Assembly: GCA_964393115.1 (NCBI GenBank)
Contig: CAYMST010000001.1
Coordinates: 213-64,212 of the forward strand
Direction of reading: 5' to 3'
DNA: 64,000 bases
Source of the DNA: an uncultured Roseivirgaceae bacterium
GTDB taxonomy: Bacteria; Bacteroidota; Bacteroidia; Cytophagales; Cyclobacteriaceae
In this document: one piece after another, positions 9,240 to 19,626 of the stretch
How the letters are laid out: the number at the start of each line of letters is the position of its first letter
How positions within the stretch are numbered: position 1 is the stretch's first letter
Translations under genes and position numbers: made by a program
The notes under the pieces: generated by a model
The model's input: the letters and a program-made list of their open reading frames with translations, nothing else
Told to the model about the DNA's origin: nothing
Databases searched by the model: none

Positions 9240-12200
9240 TTATTTAAGAATGGTGAGTGATCCTGTATACCTACTGAATGACGTGGTGATTACGTAAAAG
9301 TAAGTCCCGTTCGGAAGAACTGACCCCAAATACCTACCATCCCAAGGCTCGGTGTATGAATTTGAACTATAGACTTTAAGATTACTTGAGCTGACTACCT
9401 CAACACTGACATTTCCATGTAGCTCAATATTTTTAATGTTCCACGTATCATTAATCTGATCACCATTAGGAGAGAATGCCGTAGGGATAATCGGCTCGAG
9501 TAAAATAGGGACCGCAATATTAAACCTCCTTCGAGTGCTTAAAGCCGGCTCTCCATTATCCGTTGCCTCTACTTCAATAGTTATGATCCTATCCTCACCA
9601 AAATTCAAATCGGCATTGAGTATCAGTTGGTTTCCTTGAATGCCGAAAAACTCAGCCCCTTGTGTTAAGGTAAACGTGTGCTCATCACCAGGGTCTTGAT
9701 CTTCTACAGAAAACTTCCCTACCAATGTGCCAACCGGCTGACGTTGAACAATGGAATCACCTGAAAACTCCAGATTAAATGGTGCATCATTGGCCTCTTC
9801 CACCAATACAACATATTGGCCTGATACACTATAGCCTGTTTCGGTGGTGACCTGTACCTCAATAGTATAGTTAGATTTGGTTTCAAAATCGACCTTAGAG
9901 TTGTCAGCAACATATAAAACACCACTGGCCACTGCAAACACACCATCTTCATTGCCCGCAATCAAATCCCAGTTAGGAGGTGCTGAATTTTCATGTCCGG
10001 ATATTCCAAACTCTCCAATGGCCTCACTATTCCCGATGTTTTCAGGGAAACTAAAAGATCTTGGATGTAGTTGTGGACGATCAAATGGCTTTATTCTTAC
10101 TTCGACCAAGGCTATAGTAGAAATAGCAAATGCATTCTCCACCTGTATTGATAAGACATATCCCGGTGATCGATTATAGTCAAACGCACTTTCCTTAGCC
10201 ACAAATAGGGCTCCATTATTGATATCAATATTAAACGCTTGATCATTATTACCGCCAACGATGCTAAATGTATGTTCTCCACTACCATCTACTTTAATTC
10301 GCCCCAATACATGGCCTTGATCAGCTTGCTCGGCCACAACAAACTCTGTGGTTAGCACCGTTGGTGGTAGTGCTACATTAATGGTAAAGGTCTCTGCGTA
10401 GGTTGCTCCACCTGCATCAGTAGATGTGATATTAACATCGACACTATTATTGGATAGATAGTTCAAGTTTAGGGTCGCCCAAAGTTCATTTCCGTTGAGA
10501 ATAGTCAGGTAATCAGCTCCAGCTCCTGACAAGCTATAGCGATGTGTCTCACCCAAATCAACATCCTCGGTATTAAGTACTCCAATAAAAGTACTTCCAT
10601 TTGGGTCCGGAGAAGCTACCGCATTACTTAATGTAATGTCTTCCGGCATCTCATTCACGTCTCCAATATTAAGATAGATTTCCTTAAAGAAGGTAGCTCC
10701 ATGTCTATCGCTAACAGACGCTTCCAATACCAGTGTACTCTTTCGTTCATGGTCAAACACCGAAAGCGCAAAAAGAGAATCATCCTTTAAGGTAAAGTCT
10801 TCGTTGTCTGCCGCTCCTGACACAAGAGAATATACTAGAACAGAGTCATCTGGGTCGTTGGCCAATAGCCTTCCAATATATTCTCCAACACCGTTATTTT
10901 CATCTAGTTGAACACGGTCCAGCGTCAGCGATACTGGAGGTCTATTATTTAACACTTCCTCCTCAATGGTGATCGTCATCGTCGTGTCCAAAGTAACCTC
11001 GTCGGTAATCGTCCTTAGACGAACTTGATAGGTACTTTTCACCTCAAAATTGAAGGTGTCGTTCACAAAAAGTGCCTGATTGGCAATTGTAAATGCTTCG
11101 TTGTCATTCTGCCCCCCATCATTGAACAATGAAATTTCAAAATCACGAAGCGTAGCACCAGTGCTGAGTGAGAAGTTTCCAATTTTTGTTCCAACAGGAG
11201 CTCCTTCATTTATTACTGAATTGTCCAGGACTAAACTAGGAATGACCTCAACTACATCATTAATTTCTATGAAAACCTTAGCTTGACTGCTTTCGCCACC
11301 ATTATAAACTTCTAAAGTTACTGAGTCTAGTGGCGTTGTTTCAAAATCTGTTTTATACCGTGTGATCAGCTTTCCACCTTCAACTGCATAACGACTACTT
11401 AACTCACCGTCGAAATCTAAAACCCGATAACTAACGTTAAGCGGATTTCCGTTCCATTCTTCGGTTACATCGCCAGCAGGTGTTCCAACCGGAGACTCCT
11501 CATCAACATTCGCGTTGAGCACATAAACCGAATCAGGTATTTCCTGCACATCTAGAATAGAAATCGCCAGTGTCTCCAAATGGTCGGCTCCTGTCCAATC
11601 CTGAACTCTAACCATCAGATCAACCTGTTGTTGATTTTCATAATTAAAGGCATTCAACGCAAAGAGCTGATACTTTTTCATAAAAAACCTTGCCGCATTT
11701 GTCCCTTCGAGGGAGTATAAAAAAGTGGTATCACCGTCCGGGTCGATGGTTGTCAAGTCACCAATATAGGTGGGTAATGAGCTATTTTCTTGTATTTCAC
11801 TCGGGGTAAGAGTGACTGAAGAAGGAGGATTATTCCCTTCAGCTTCTCGAACTATTATCGGAACCAGTTTTGTATAACTCTCATTTTTCGGTAGTCCGTT
11901 GTCCGTTACTTTTATATTTACCCAAAGTGTGTCTTCCACTGTTCGATCTTCTCCGTTGACCATTACCGTTTCTCCAACAATAGACCTCTTTAAGATCAAA
12001 TAAGTCTCTTGAATATCAAAAACATCATTCCAACTATCCTCAACGTCGATCAACTCGAAGTTATGGCTCTGGCCAGAATCCGGATCCACGGTGAGTATTT
12101 CGGTAAAGCTTCTGTTAACGGTCAAACTTCGGTTCAAAAACGGGTTAGATAGGAAAATATCAGTAGGAGCCTTGTTGCCTTGTCTAACATGTATGGTTAT

Positions 12201-14057
12201 CGTTTTATCCAATGAATCCGACGGGCTGCCGCTGTCTATGGACCTGACAATTATCTCAAAAGATTGGTCTTGATTTGAAATGAACTGCTTAGCGAGTTTG
12301 AGCCTGTCTCCATTTACCAGAAAATGCGCTTTGGCCGCTGAGTCCTCTGTTACCAGCTTATACACATGAGAATCCTCGGTATCCTCGTCACTAGTTTGAA
12401 ATTGACCAATTTCAGTACCGATATCATCCGTCGCGAATAGCTGGTTATTACTTAATTCGATGTCCGTAGGCTTGTTATTCCGATTGAGGACGCTAATCAC
12501 AAAAGTGGTATCCTTAAATCGTCCTCCTTGATCTACAGCGCTAACTCGAATCGAATGCTCTTCTCTTTTTCTGAAGGACAACACTTTGTTTGTCAACAGT
12601 TTATCACCCTCTATTTTAAAGTTCTTATTTCCTGATGAGAGAGGTCCGGCACTAAGTCGAAAGCTAAGGGAATCTCCCTCATCAGGATCCTTTGCCGTCA
12701 GGTTGCCTACAAATGTGCCAACAGGAAGCCCTTCACCAACTGACATCGAATCCAACTGAATATCAAAAGGCTCTTCATTAACATTTAAAACCTGAATTCT
12801 TAGATCTTTTTGTATGGAAAGCCCTCCAACATCAGTCGCTTTTACCCTTAAGACATATTCCTTTTTTCTTTCAAAGTCTAGATTTGAGCCTTCCCAAAAA
12901 ATGGATTGATTAACGTTCTCTCCGTCAGTATGAAAGACATTGAATAGGTCATTTGAATTTAAGTAATGATAAAACGTTAATTGACCTTCCAGATCATTTT
13001 GCAAAATTTCAATATCCACACCATCAAAACTATCTGGGTCGCTAATCAATAACCCCAAGTTTATAACTCGGTCTTTCGTTTCTTTCGTACTCTCAAAAAA
13101 AGCCGCATCTGTAAGCTTAACGTCATCAGGAGCAAAATTGGTGGCAATTACTGAAGTATGACCGTAGCCACCTGAAATACTCGATACTTTACGATCAACA
13201 AGAATCTCGGGATGCTCTGACTGAGAGAAAGTATTACTACCCCAAATTGAGATCGTACTATCGTTTAAAAGCGCAACAGTATGATGTGTTCCTGCTTCAA
13301 TATCGATCACCTTCCCTTGTATCTCTTGAGGTATGTCTAGTTGATTGAGAAGTAAGCTATCTCCCCAACCGATTACCGTTCCCGATTTGGTCAATGCGAT
13401 GGTATGTAGTTCACCAGCACTTACATCCACTACCTCGTCATCAATCATCGGTACTGATGATTGGTTATAGTCATTACGTCCCCAGGAGACTAAAGTACTA
13501 TCCGCCAAAAGTGCTATGTTATGAAAGCTACCAGCTTCTATTAAAATCACACTATCAAGTCCTACCGGAATATCGGTTTGACCATGTGTATTGCCTCCCC
13601 AAGCTCGGACGGTACCATCTGAAAGTAAAGCGATAGAATGTTCATCGCCCGCACTAACCATTTTCACCTTTCCTAGATCTCCGGGAACGTCAGTTTGTCC
13701 ATGATCATTGAGCCCCCAAGCCCGAACCGTACTATCTGCTCTAAGAATCAATGTATGCCCAAAAGACGCTTCGATCTGGAGAAGATCGTTAGCAAATATT
13801 GGCACTCCAAGTTGACCATCTACATCGGAGCCTGTAGATCTCAAACCAGATGAATCTACCCTTACACTATGTACATATCCTCCCGATACCATTAGTGCAT
13901 GATCTGAATAGTCTTTTGGAAGAAAGAGCTGTCCATTAGTTTCATCCCCCCAATCGTATAATGCCGTATTCTTCTGTTGTGCCAATAAAGGCATACTCAT
14001 TACTAGTAGTATAAATAATATCCTATACTTCATATTAAGATTTTTTCTTGCCGACAT
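9240..14057 (-). CDS. Giant adhesin: RCC1-like beta-propeller plus about 10 cadherin-like repeats plus T9SS type B (CHU_C) sorting domain
   Basis: Signal peptide ends PLLA|QQ. Six to seven RCC1-type blades are present (VRAWGLNDHGQTDVP, VRAWGGNTHGQTDIP, VSWGRNDYNQSSVP). Repeated roughly 105-aa modules carry VxDxNExP / NxxP linkers (VLNVNEEPFDI, VLNRNNKPTDI, GDVNEMPEDI, EEANDAPFNL). The C-terminal sequence PTAFSPNGDQINDTWNIKNIELHGN...PNGTYFYVIT is the gliding-associated type B sorting domain. Confidence 0.85.
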   Translation of the reverse strand: MSARKNLNMKYRILFILLVMSMPLLAQQKNTALYDWGDETNGQLFLPKDYSDHALMVSGGYVHSVRVDSSGLRSTGSDVDGQLGVPIFANDLLQIEASFGHTLILRADSTVRAWGLNDHGQTDVPGDLGKVKMVSAGDEHSIALLSDGTVRAWGGNTHGQTDIPVGLDSVILIEAGSFHNIALLADSTLVSWGRNDYNQSSVPMIDDEVVDVSAGELHTIALTKSGTVIGWGDSLLLNQLDIPQEIQGKVIDIEAGTHHTVALLNDSTISIWGSNTFSQSEHPEILVDRKVSSISGGYGHTSVIATNFAPDDVKLTDAAFFESTKETKDRVINLGLLISDPDSFDGVDIEILQNDLEGQLTFYHYLNSNDLFNVFHTDGENVNQSIFWEGSNLDFERKKEYVLRVKATDVGGLSIQKDLRIQVLNVNEEPFDIQLDSMSVGEGLPVGTFVGNLTAKDPDEGDSLSFRLSAGPLSSGNKNFKIEGDKLLTNKVLSFRKREEHSIRVSAVDQGGRFKDTTFVISVLNRNNKPTDIELSNNQLFATDDIGTEIGQFQTSDEDTEDSHVYKLVTEDSAAKAHFLVNGDRLKLAKQFISNQDQSFEIIVRSIDSGSPSDSLDKTITIHVRQGNKAPTDIFLSNPFLNRSLTVNRSFTEILTVDPDSGQSHNFELIDVEDSWNDVFDIQETYLILKRSIVGETVMVNGEDRTVEDTLWVNIKVTDNGLPKNESYTKLVPIIVREAEGNNPPSSVTLTPSEIQENSSLPTYIGDLTTIDPDGDTTFLYSLEGTNAARFFMKKYQLFALNAFNYENQQQVDLMVRVQDWTGADHLETLAISILDVQEIPDSVYVLNANVDEESPVGTPAGDVTEEWNGNPLNVSYRVLDFDGELSSRYAVEGGKLITRYKTDFETTPLDSVTLEVYNGGESSQAKVFIEINDVVEVIPSLVLDNSVINEGAPVGTKIGNFSLSTGATLRDFEISLFNDGGQNDNEAFTIANQALFVNDTFNFEVKSTYQVRLRTITDEVTLDTTMTITIEEEVLNNRPPVSLTLDRVQLDENNGVGEYIGRLLANDPDDSVLVYSLVSGAADNEDFTLKDDSLFALSVFDHERKSTLVLEASVSDRHGATFFKEIYLNIGDVNEMPEDITLSNAVASPDPNGSTFIGVLNTEDVDLGETHRYSLSGAGADYLTILNGNELWATLNLNYLSNNSVDVNITSTDAGGATYAETFTINVALPPTVLTTEFVVAEQADQGHVLGRIKVDGSGEHTFSIVGGNNDQAFNIDINNGALFVAKESAFDYNRSPGYVLSIQVENAFAISTIALVEVRIKPFDRPQLHPRSFSFPENIGNSEAIGEFGISGHENSAPPNWDLIAGNEDGVFAVASGVLYVADNSKVDFETKSNYTIEVQVTTETGYSVSGQYVVLVEEANDAPFNLEFSGDSIVQRQPVGTLVGKFSVEDQDPGDEHTFTLTQGAEFFGIQGNQLILNADLNFGEDRIITIEVEATDNGEPALSTRRRFNIAVPILLEPIIPTAFSPNGDQINDTWNIKNIELHGNVSVEVVSSSNLKVYSSNSYTEPWDGRYLGSVLPNGTYFYVITTSFSRYTGSLTILK

Positions 14058-14265
14058 GAGATCTGTCTTATTACAGATTGATCAGGTTTTTTATTCAAAG
14101 AAATTATGGGAGTTGTATCTTTCAACAATAGTTCATGCAAATAGAAGTACAACCTCGTTCGTAATAACGACGCAAAATTAATCAATCAACATCGAAAACA
14201 AAACACGTCATCTTAATTGGCATGAGCAAAGTAACTGGCGTACAGTAACTAACACCCCCCACCAC

Positions 14266-15642
14266 TCATAGCCAATTTCCCAATGCCGCATAAAGTTCTC
14301 TTTTAGTGAAAGGTTTAGCCATGTAATCATCCATACCGGCATCTAAACATTTTTCTTTATCCCCTTTCAAGGCATTAGCAGTAACAGCTATAATAGGAAC
14401 ATCAATTGGTGTATTCGACTCCTCCGGGGCGAGTGCTCTAAACTTTCGAGTCACCGTATACCCATCCATTTCAGGCATATTTATGTCCATTAGGATAAGG
14501 TCATACCGATCTCCTGTCATTTTATCAAATGCCTCCTTACCATCCTTTGCATCCTCCACTATAAGTCCCGGCATCCTTAGCATGCGCTTAGCCACCTTTT
14601 GATTGATCAAGTTATCTTCAACCAATAGGATATTGAACCCTCCAAAGGAAGCATTGCCCAATAGCTCTTCATCTTCATCCGTGGACTGTTTCCACTCTGA
14701 TTTGCGTGAAGGTTTTATGAGTTGAAGGGTAAAATGAAACGCACTGCCAGAGCCCAGCTCACTTTCGACCCAGATTTCTCCACCCATTAGTTCCACAAGA
14801 CTCTTGGTAATGGTCAAACCCAGTCCTGACCCTCCATATTTTCTAGTAGTCGAACTATCTGCTTGTGTGAAGCTCTCAAACACTTCATTGAGGCTTTCTT
14901 CGGCGATACCAATTCCAGTATCAAATACAGAAAACTGCAATACTCTTTCAGGACTATTGTCTTCAGAAACATCTATGACCTTAATCAGGATTTTCCCGTG
15001 ATCCGTAAACTTCTCGGCATTGGAAATTAAGTTATTGAGTACTTGTCGAATGCGAAACGGGTCTCCTACCATGTAATTAGGGAGTGCCTCATCCATTTCA
15101 GCATCTATGACAATATCTCTATCGCGCAATATGACGGAAAAGGTCACCACCACCTCATTCAATAAATCCTCCAGACTGAAAGCAACCTTTTCGAGCTTTA
15201 GTTTTCCTGATTCGATTTGATAGAAATCTAATACTCCATTTATCATTTGCATCAGTGTGGCAGCCGACGATTGGGTAGCATTCAAGTATTCTTTTTGTTC
15301 CTTGTCCAGTTTGGTTTCAGCAAGTAACTCTGTAGAGCCAATGATTCCGTTAAGGGGGGTCCTAATCTCATGACTCATATTGGCTAAGAAATTATTTTTC
15401 TCCCTACTGGCTTGCAGAGCGGATTCTTCTGCCCTTCTTCTTTCTTCAACTTCGTTAACCAGTTCTTGGGTTCTATTTTCCACTTCAAAAGCAAGCATAT
15501 CATCATTGAGTCGAATCATCTTCTTTCTAGAGTAAACCAGAAACACAATAATCAACACCAATATCACCATAATCCCAAGCTCTATCCAAAGCCCCAGCAT
15601 CACAGCAGCAAACACATGCTTAGTAGATAATAATTCCATCAT
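14266..15642 (-). CDS. Hybrid sensor histidine kinase / response regulator
   Basis: One N-terminal TM segment. H-box MSHEIRTPLNGI. ATPase boxes NLISNAEKFT and GGSGLGLTITKSLV. The receiver domain has ILLVEDNLINQKV, DLILMDINMPEMDG and MAKPF. Confidence 0.9.
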   Translation of the reverse strand: MMELLSTKHVFAAVMLGLWIELGIMVILVLIIVFLVYSRKKMIRLNDDMLAFEVENRTQELVNEVEERRRAEESALQASREKNNFLANMSHEIRTPLNGIIGSTELLAETKLDKEQKEYLNATQSSAATLMQMINGVLDFYQIESGKLKLEKVAFSLEDLLNEVVVTFSVILRDRDIVIDAEMDEALPNYMVGDPFRIRQVLNNLISNAEKFTDHGKILIKVIDVSEDNSPERVLQFSVFDTGIGIAEESLNEVFESFTQADSSTTRKYGGSGLGLTITKSLVELMGGEIWVESELGSGSAFHFTLQLIKPSRKSEWKQSTDEDEELLGNASFGGFNILLVEDNLINQKVAKRMLRMPGLIVEDAKDGKEAFDKMTGDRYDLILMDINMPEMDGYTVTRKFRALAPEESNTPIDVPIIAVTANALKGDKEKCLDAGMDDYMAKPFTKRELYAALGNWL

Positions 15643-15980
15643 TTTTTCTCCATTTGAGGGTTGATCGATGGTTTTACTTTTAAAGAAACATCAAAATGGA
15701 TAAAACTCGTCGTATCGATCAGCGCATACCACTAAGATCCCGATATATTCCCAAACCAGCAATAGTAAGGCGACTAAACTTATTTGATGCACTTACCTAC
15801 GCGATATCATGAGTGGTTTGAATTTCGTAAACCGAAAGGCTATTGCTTATAACGGTCTATATAGTTATTGAAAATCATCACTAATTATGGACTAGTATTT
15901 ATGAAATTGAGAAGTTTTCAGCCCGCATGTCGTCTGATTTTTACCACTTCAATAAAACGTATTAAGTTTACCGTCCTGAA

Positions 15981-18773
15981 TTGAATAGAAATACAATTAA
16001 TGATATGCCGAATATTCTTGGTGACGTAAAAAGCAAGCTTGGGAAGCCCTATGAGGATCTCGAGATCCTCCTTCATTCCCTTAGGGAAGTCTTAATCGAA
16101 AACGATGAGCTTGAAATAGCCAATAAGATCCCTTGGATCAATTCCGATTGGGAGATAGCTCCTGAGGATTTTACCAAAAAGCATATCCAGCTATACTCCA
16201 TTATCTTCACACTTATCAATACAACAGAAGTGAATGGAGCCGTCCAAAATCGACGGGTGTTAGAAGATAAAGATGCAAGCAATATCCGTGGTCTTTGGGC
16301 GCAACAGTTTAAAGACATGGTATCAAAAGGACTGACTGAAGAGCAAATCACCGAGGTTCTTCCTGAAGTTCGTGTCGAACCAGTACTCACGGCACACCCA
16401 ACAGAAGCAAAACGAGCAACAGTGCTTGAGCATCATCGTGAGCTTTACCTAAAGATGGTAAGTCTCGAGAATAGCATGTTCACCAAAAATGAAAAAGAAG
16501 AAATCAGAGAGGACATTAAGCTCATCCTCTATAAACTGTGGAAAACAGGTGAGATCTATTTAGAAAAACCGGATGTTCAGTCTGAACTAAGAAACATCTT
16601 ACATTATCTCAAAAACGTATTTCCTGAAGTCATTCCAATTTTGGATAAGCGCCTTCTTCAGGCTTGGAAGCAAGCTGGTTTTGATACGGAAACCATCCTA
16701 AAAGACAACTTGTTCCCACGCATAACTTTTGGCGACTGGGTAGGTGGAGACCGCGATGGCCACCCTTTTGTTACCTCAACTGTGACCGATGAGACGCTAT
16801 CCAAACTAAGGTTAAATGCTTTAGTCGTCGTTAGAAAGAGTCTGAAGTATTTGGTTAAAACCCTAAGCTTTGCACTTGATCTAGATGATGCTGATAATGA
16901 AATGCGCAACCGCATCTACAAGATGGTGGTGGAGCTTGGTACAGATGGCGAGGCAGCGCTAAAACGCAACAAAGGAGAGGCGTTTCGACAGTTTGTCAAC
17001 TTAATGCTCGTGAAGCTACCAATCGACGTGGAAAGAGATCATGCTACCTCCATCCATGAAAAGGAAGGTTCATACCTGCGAACAAAGAGTTTGCTGAAAG
17101 ACCTAGAGTTGTTAAAAACTTCTTTGGTTAAATACGGAGCTAAGTCCATTGCCTATAACTATGTAAATGATGCGATACGGGTAGTTCAAATTTTTGGCTT
17201 CCATTTGGCTTGTTTGGATATACGTCAAAATAGCACCTTCCATGACAAAGCGATATCTCAGCTTATGCATGCTGCAGGTATTGAAGATAACGACTTCATC
17301 AACTGGGATGAGCAGAAAAGAATGGATTTGATTAATAGCGAACTTAAGTCTTCGCGTCCATTTACAAATAACGATGCCAACCTTGGTGAAAATGCCAAAA
17401 CAGTACTAGAGTGTTACCGAGTAGTGGAGAAGTACACTTCTAAATATGGCGTTGACTGCATCGGCTCGTTCATCATTAGTATGACCCGTAGTGCTTCAGA
17501 TATGCTTTCTGTATACTTATTAGCGCGTGAAGCGGGTTTAACACGCAATACGGATCAAGGCACTGTTTGTATCATCCCTGTTGTTCCGCTATTGGAGACC
17601 ATTGAAGACTTAGCGAATGGTCCAGAGATCATCAGAGGCTTCTTATCTCATCCAATGACGAAACGTAGTCTGAAGTATATTCAAGAGGAGAAGAAAGAAA
17701 GTCACCCTATCCTCCAGGTGATGGTTGGTTACAGTGACTCTAATAAAGATGGTGGTATCCTTGCTAGTCAGTGGAACCTCTATAATTCACAGGCACAATT
17801 AAGCAGCGTAGGCGAAGAGTTTGGTGTTAAAATTCGCTTCTTCCACGGTAAAGGAGGGTCTATAAGCCGAGGAGCAGGACCAACGCATTACTTCATGGGA
17901 GCACTACCACACTCTACAGTGGCAGGTGACTTACGACTGACGGAGCAGGGAGAAACGATAGAGCAGAAATACGCAAATAAAGTAAACGCAGTTTATAATT
18001 TAGAGCTTCTTGTAGCCAGTACTACAGCAAAAACAGCTCTTGGTAACTTCACCGAAAAGCAGTTTCATCCATTGGCAGACATCCTAGGAGAAATGGCTAA
18101 AGTGAGTAAAGAGAAGTACTCCGGGCTACTTCATGAAGAAGGATTTATCCCGTTTTTCCGTCAGGCCACTCCAATTGACGCTATTGAAAACAGTAAAATT
18201 GGTTCTAGACCGTCAAGAAGAACAGGTGCGACCTCTTTGGATGACTTAAGAGCTATTCCTTGGGTATTTAGCTGGGGACAGTGTCGCTACAACATGACGA
18301 GCTGGTATGGTGTTGGGACAGCGGTTGCAAGTTTAAAAGAAAGCAACCCTGAAGGGTTTAAAACCCTAAAAGAGGCAACGAAGAAAGATCCTTTTATCCG
18401 GTATGTCTTGACGAATGTAGATACTAGCATCGCTGCGACCGATGAAGAGATTATGAAGGCTTATGCCGAATTAGTAGAGGATGAGTCTATAAAAGCCAAG
18501 TTCCTTAAATTATTCTTGGATGAGTACGCACGTACGAAGCAAGCTCTATTTGATTTACTGGACGCAGATCTAGAAGAAAGGCGTAAGAATCATTACTACT
18601 CTAACTTATTGAGAGCATCGACGATGACGACTCTTCATCACAAACAAATCGCTCTTTTGAAACAGTGGAGAAATGAGAAGAAGATAGATATGCAGGAAGA
18701 AGCCGATAGAACACTAGTTTCTATCCTTACAACCATCAACGCCATTGCAGGCGCAATGCGAAACACAGGTTGA
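15981..18773 (+). CDS. ppc: Phosphoenolpyruvate carboxylase
   Basis: PEPC signature motifs VLTAHPTEAKR, GYSDSNKDGG, FHGKGGSISRGAGP and the C-terminal NTG. The track start is TTG at 15981. An in-frame ATG at 16005 (MPNILGD) is the more likely start. Confidence 0.95.
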   Translation: MNRNTINDMPNILGDVKSKLGKPYEDLEILLHSLREVLIENDELEIANKIPWINSDWEIAPEDFTKKHIQLYSIIFTLINTTEVNGAVQNRRVLEDKDASNIRGLWAQQFKDMVSKGLTEEQITEVLPEVRVEPVLTAHPTEAKRATVLEHHRELYLKMVSLENSMFTKNEKEEIREDIKLILYKLWKTGEIYLEKPDVQSELRNILHYLKNVFPEVIPILDKRLLQAWKQAGFDTETILKDNLFPRITFGDWVGGDRDGHPFVTSTVTDETLSKLRLNALVVVRKSLKYLVKTLSFALDLDDADNEMRNRIYKMVVELGTDGEAALKRNKGEAFRQFVNLMLVKLPIDVERDHATSIHEKEGSYLRTKSLLKDLELLKTSLVKYGAKSIAYNYVNDAIRVVQIFGFHLACLDIRQNSTFHDKAISQLMHAAGIEDNDFINWDEQKRMDLINSELKSSRPFTNNDANLGENAKTVLECYRVVEKYTSKYGVDCIGSFIISMTRSASDMLSVYLLAREAGLTRNTDQGTVCIIPVVPLLETIEDLANGPEIIRGFLSHPMTKRSLKYIQEEKKESHPILQVMVGYSDSNKDGGILASQWNLYNSQAQLSSVGEEFGVKIRFFHGKGGSISRGAGPTHYFMGALPHSTVAGDLRLTEQGETIEQKYANKVNAVYNLELLVASTTAKTALGNFTEKQFHPLADILGEMAKVSKEKYSGLLHEEGFIPFFRQATPIDAIENSKIGSRPSRRTGATSLDDLRAIPWVFSWGQCRYNMTSWYGVGTAVASLKESNPEGFKTLKEATKKDPFIRYVLTNVDTSIAATDEEIMKAYAELVEDESIKAKFLKLFLDEYARTKQALFDLLDADLEERRKNHYYSNLLRASTMTTLHHKQIALLKQWRNEKKIDMQEEADRTLVSILTTINAIAGAMRNTG

Positions 18774-18784
18774 TCTATTAAAAG

Positions 18785-18820
18785 CATGCTCATGTGGACT
18801 CTATAATCTGCATGAGCATG
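18785..18820 (+). terminator. Hairpin downstream of ppc
   Basis: CATGCTCATG (18785-18794) pairs with CATGAGCATG (18811-18820) across a 16-nt loop, starting 12 nt after the ppc stop. There is no clear T-tract. Confidence 0.4.
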
Positions 18821-19107
18821 TCTTATACCATTTGTGGTGATAATGACGTATTTTAGTTTACGAGACTGTTTTTTTCTTATTCAAGGCAAAAAACACAGAT
18901 CTAGCAGCGTTAGGGTGAAGTTTTTTTAACGAAAAAGAAGAGAAAAACAGGAGTAAAATACACGTCACTATATAGTATTAATGGTATTATATGGAAACCA
19001 TAAAACAACCACACAAAAGATTAGGTTTAACCGACGTATTGCTAAATTTCATATCGCCGTCTTAAATAGACCTTATATAGCTTAAGACCTACCTCGCGCA
19101 GAGATAA

Positions 19108-19626
19108 TCACTTCTCATAAACCATTCTCAGATCAAAAAACCCATAAGCAGATTTATACGCCTCAATTAAATTAATCGAATATTGATTGTACAATAGACT
19201 GAATGAGTGAAGCATCTTAGCTTTCACCTTCGGACGATGATCAAATATCTGAAAAATATTAACCTGAGGAATTACACTCATCAAACACTTCTCACTAGTC
19301 ACCACGGAGGTATATATCCTTCGCGTGTTCTCGAGTATTGCGTTATCACCGAAAACTCCCCCAGGGGAGATGGTGGCTAACTCCTCGAACTTATCTTTAA
19401 GATCTATGTTCAACGTGACCTGTCCACTATTCACTATGTATATGGCATGGCTTGGATCATCGCGAAAAAAAACGACTTCGTCCTTTTTATATTCTCGGGT
19501 ATACAAATGAGGGATGAACAGTAGAAGCTCATCATTACTTAAGTCTTCGAACAATTTGATTTTCCTTAAGAAATCAAAAGTCCTTAGCTCCTCTCCTGTA
19601 TAAGACTTTTTAAACAGACTCTTCAT
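19108..19626 (-). CDS. Cyclic-nucleotide-binding domain protein (no DNA-binding domain)
   Basis: The cNMP-binding fold pattern is present: FEDLSNDELLLFIPHLYTREYKKDEVVFFRDDPSHAIYIVNSGQVTL...GGVFGDNAIL. Its start overlaps the tilS stop by 17 nt. Confidence 0.75.
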   Translation of the reverse strand: MKSLFKKSYTGEELRTFDFLRKIKLFEDLSNDELLLFIPHLYTREYKKDEVVFFRDDPSHAIYIVNSGQVTLNIDLKDKFEELATISPGGVFGDNAILENTRRIYTSVVTSEKCLMSVIPQVNIFQIFDHRPKVKAKMLHSFSLLYNQYSINLIEAYKSAYGFFDLRMVYEK

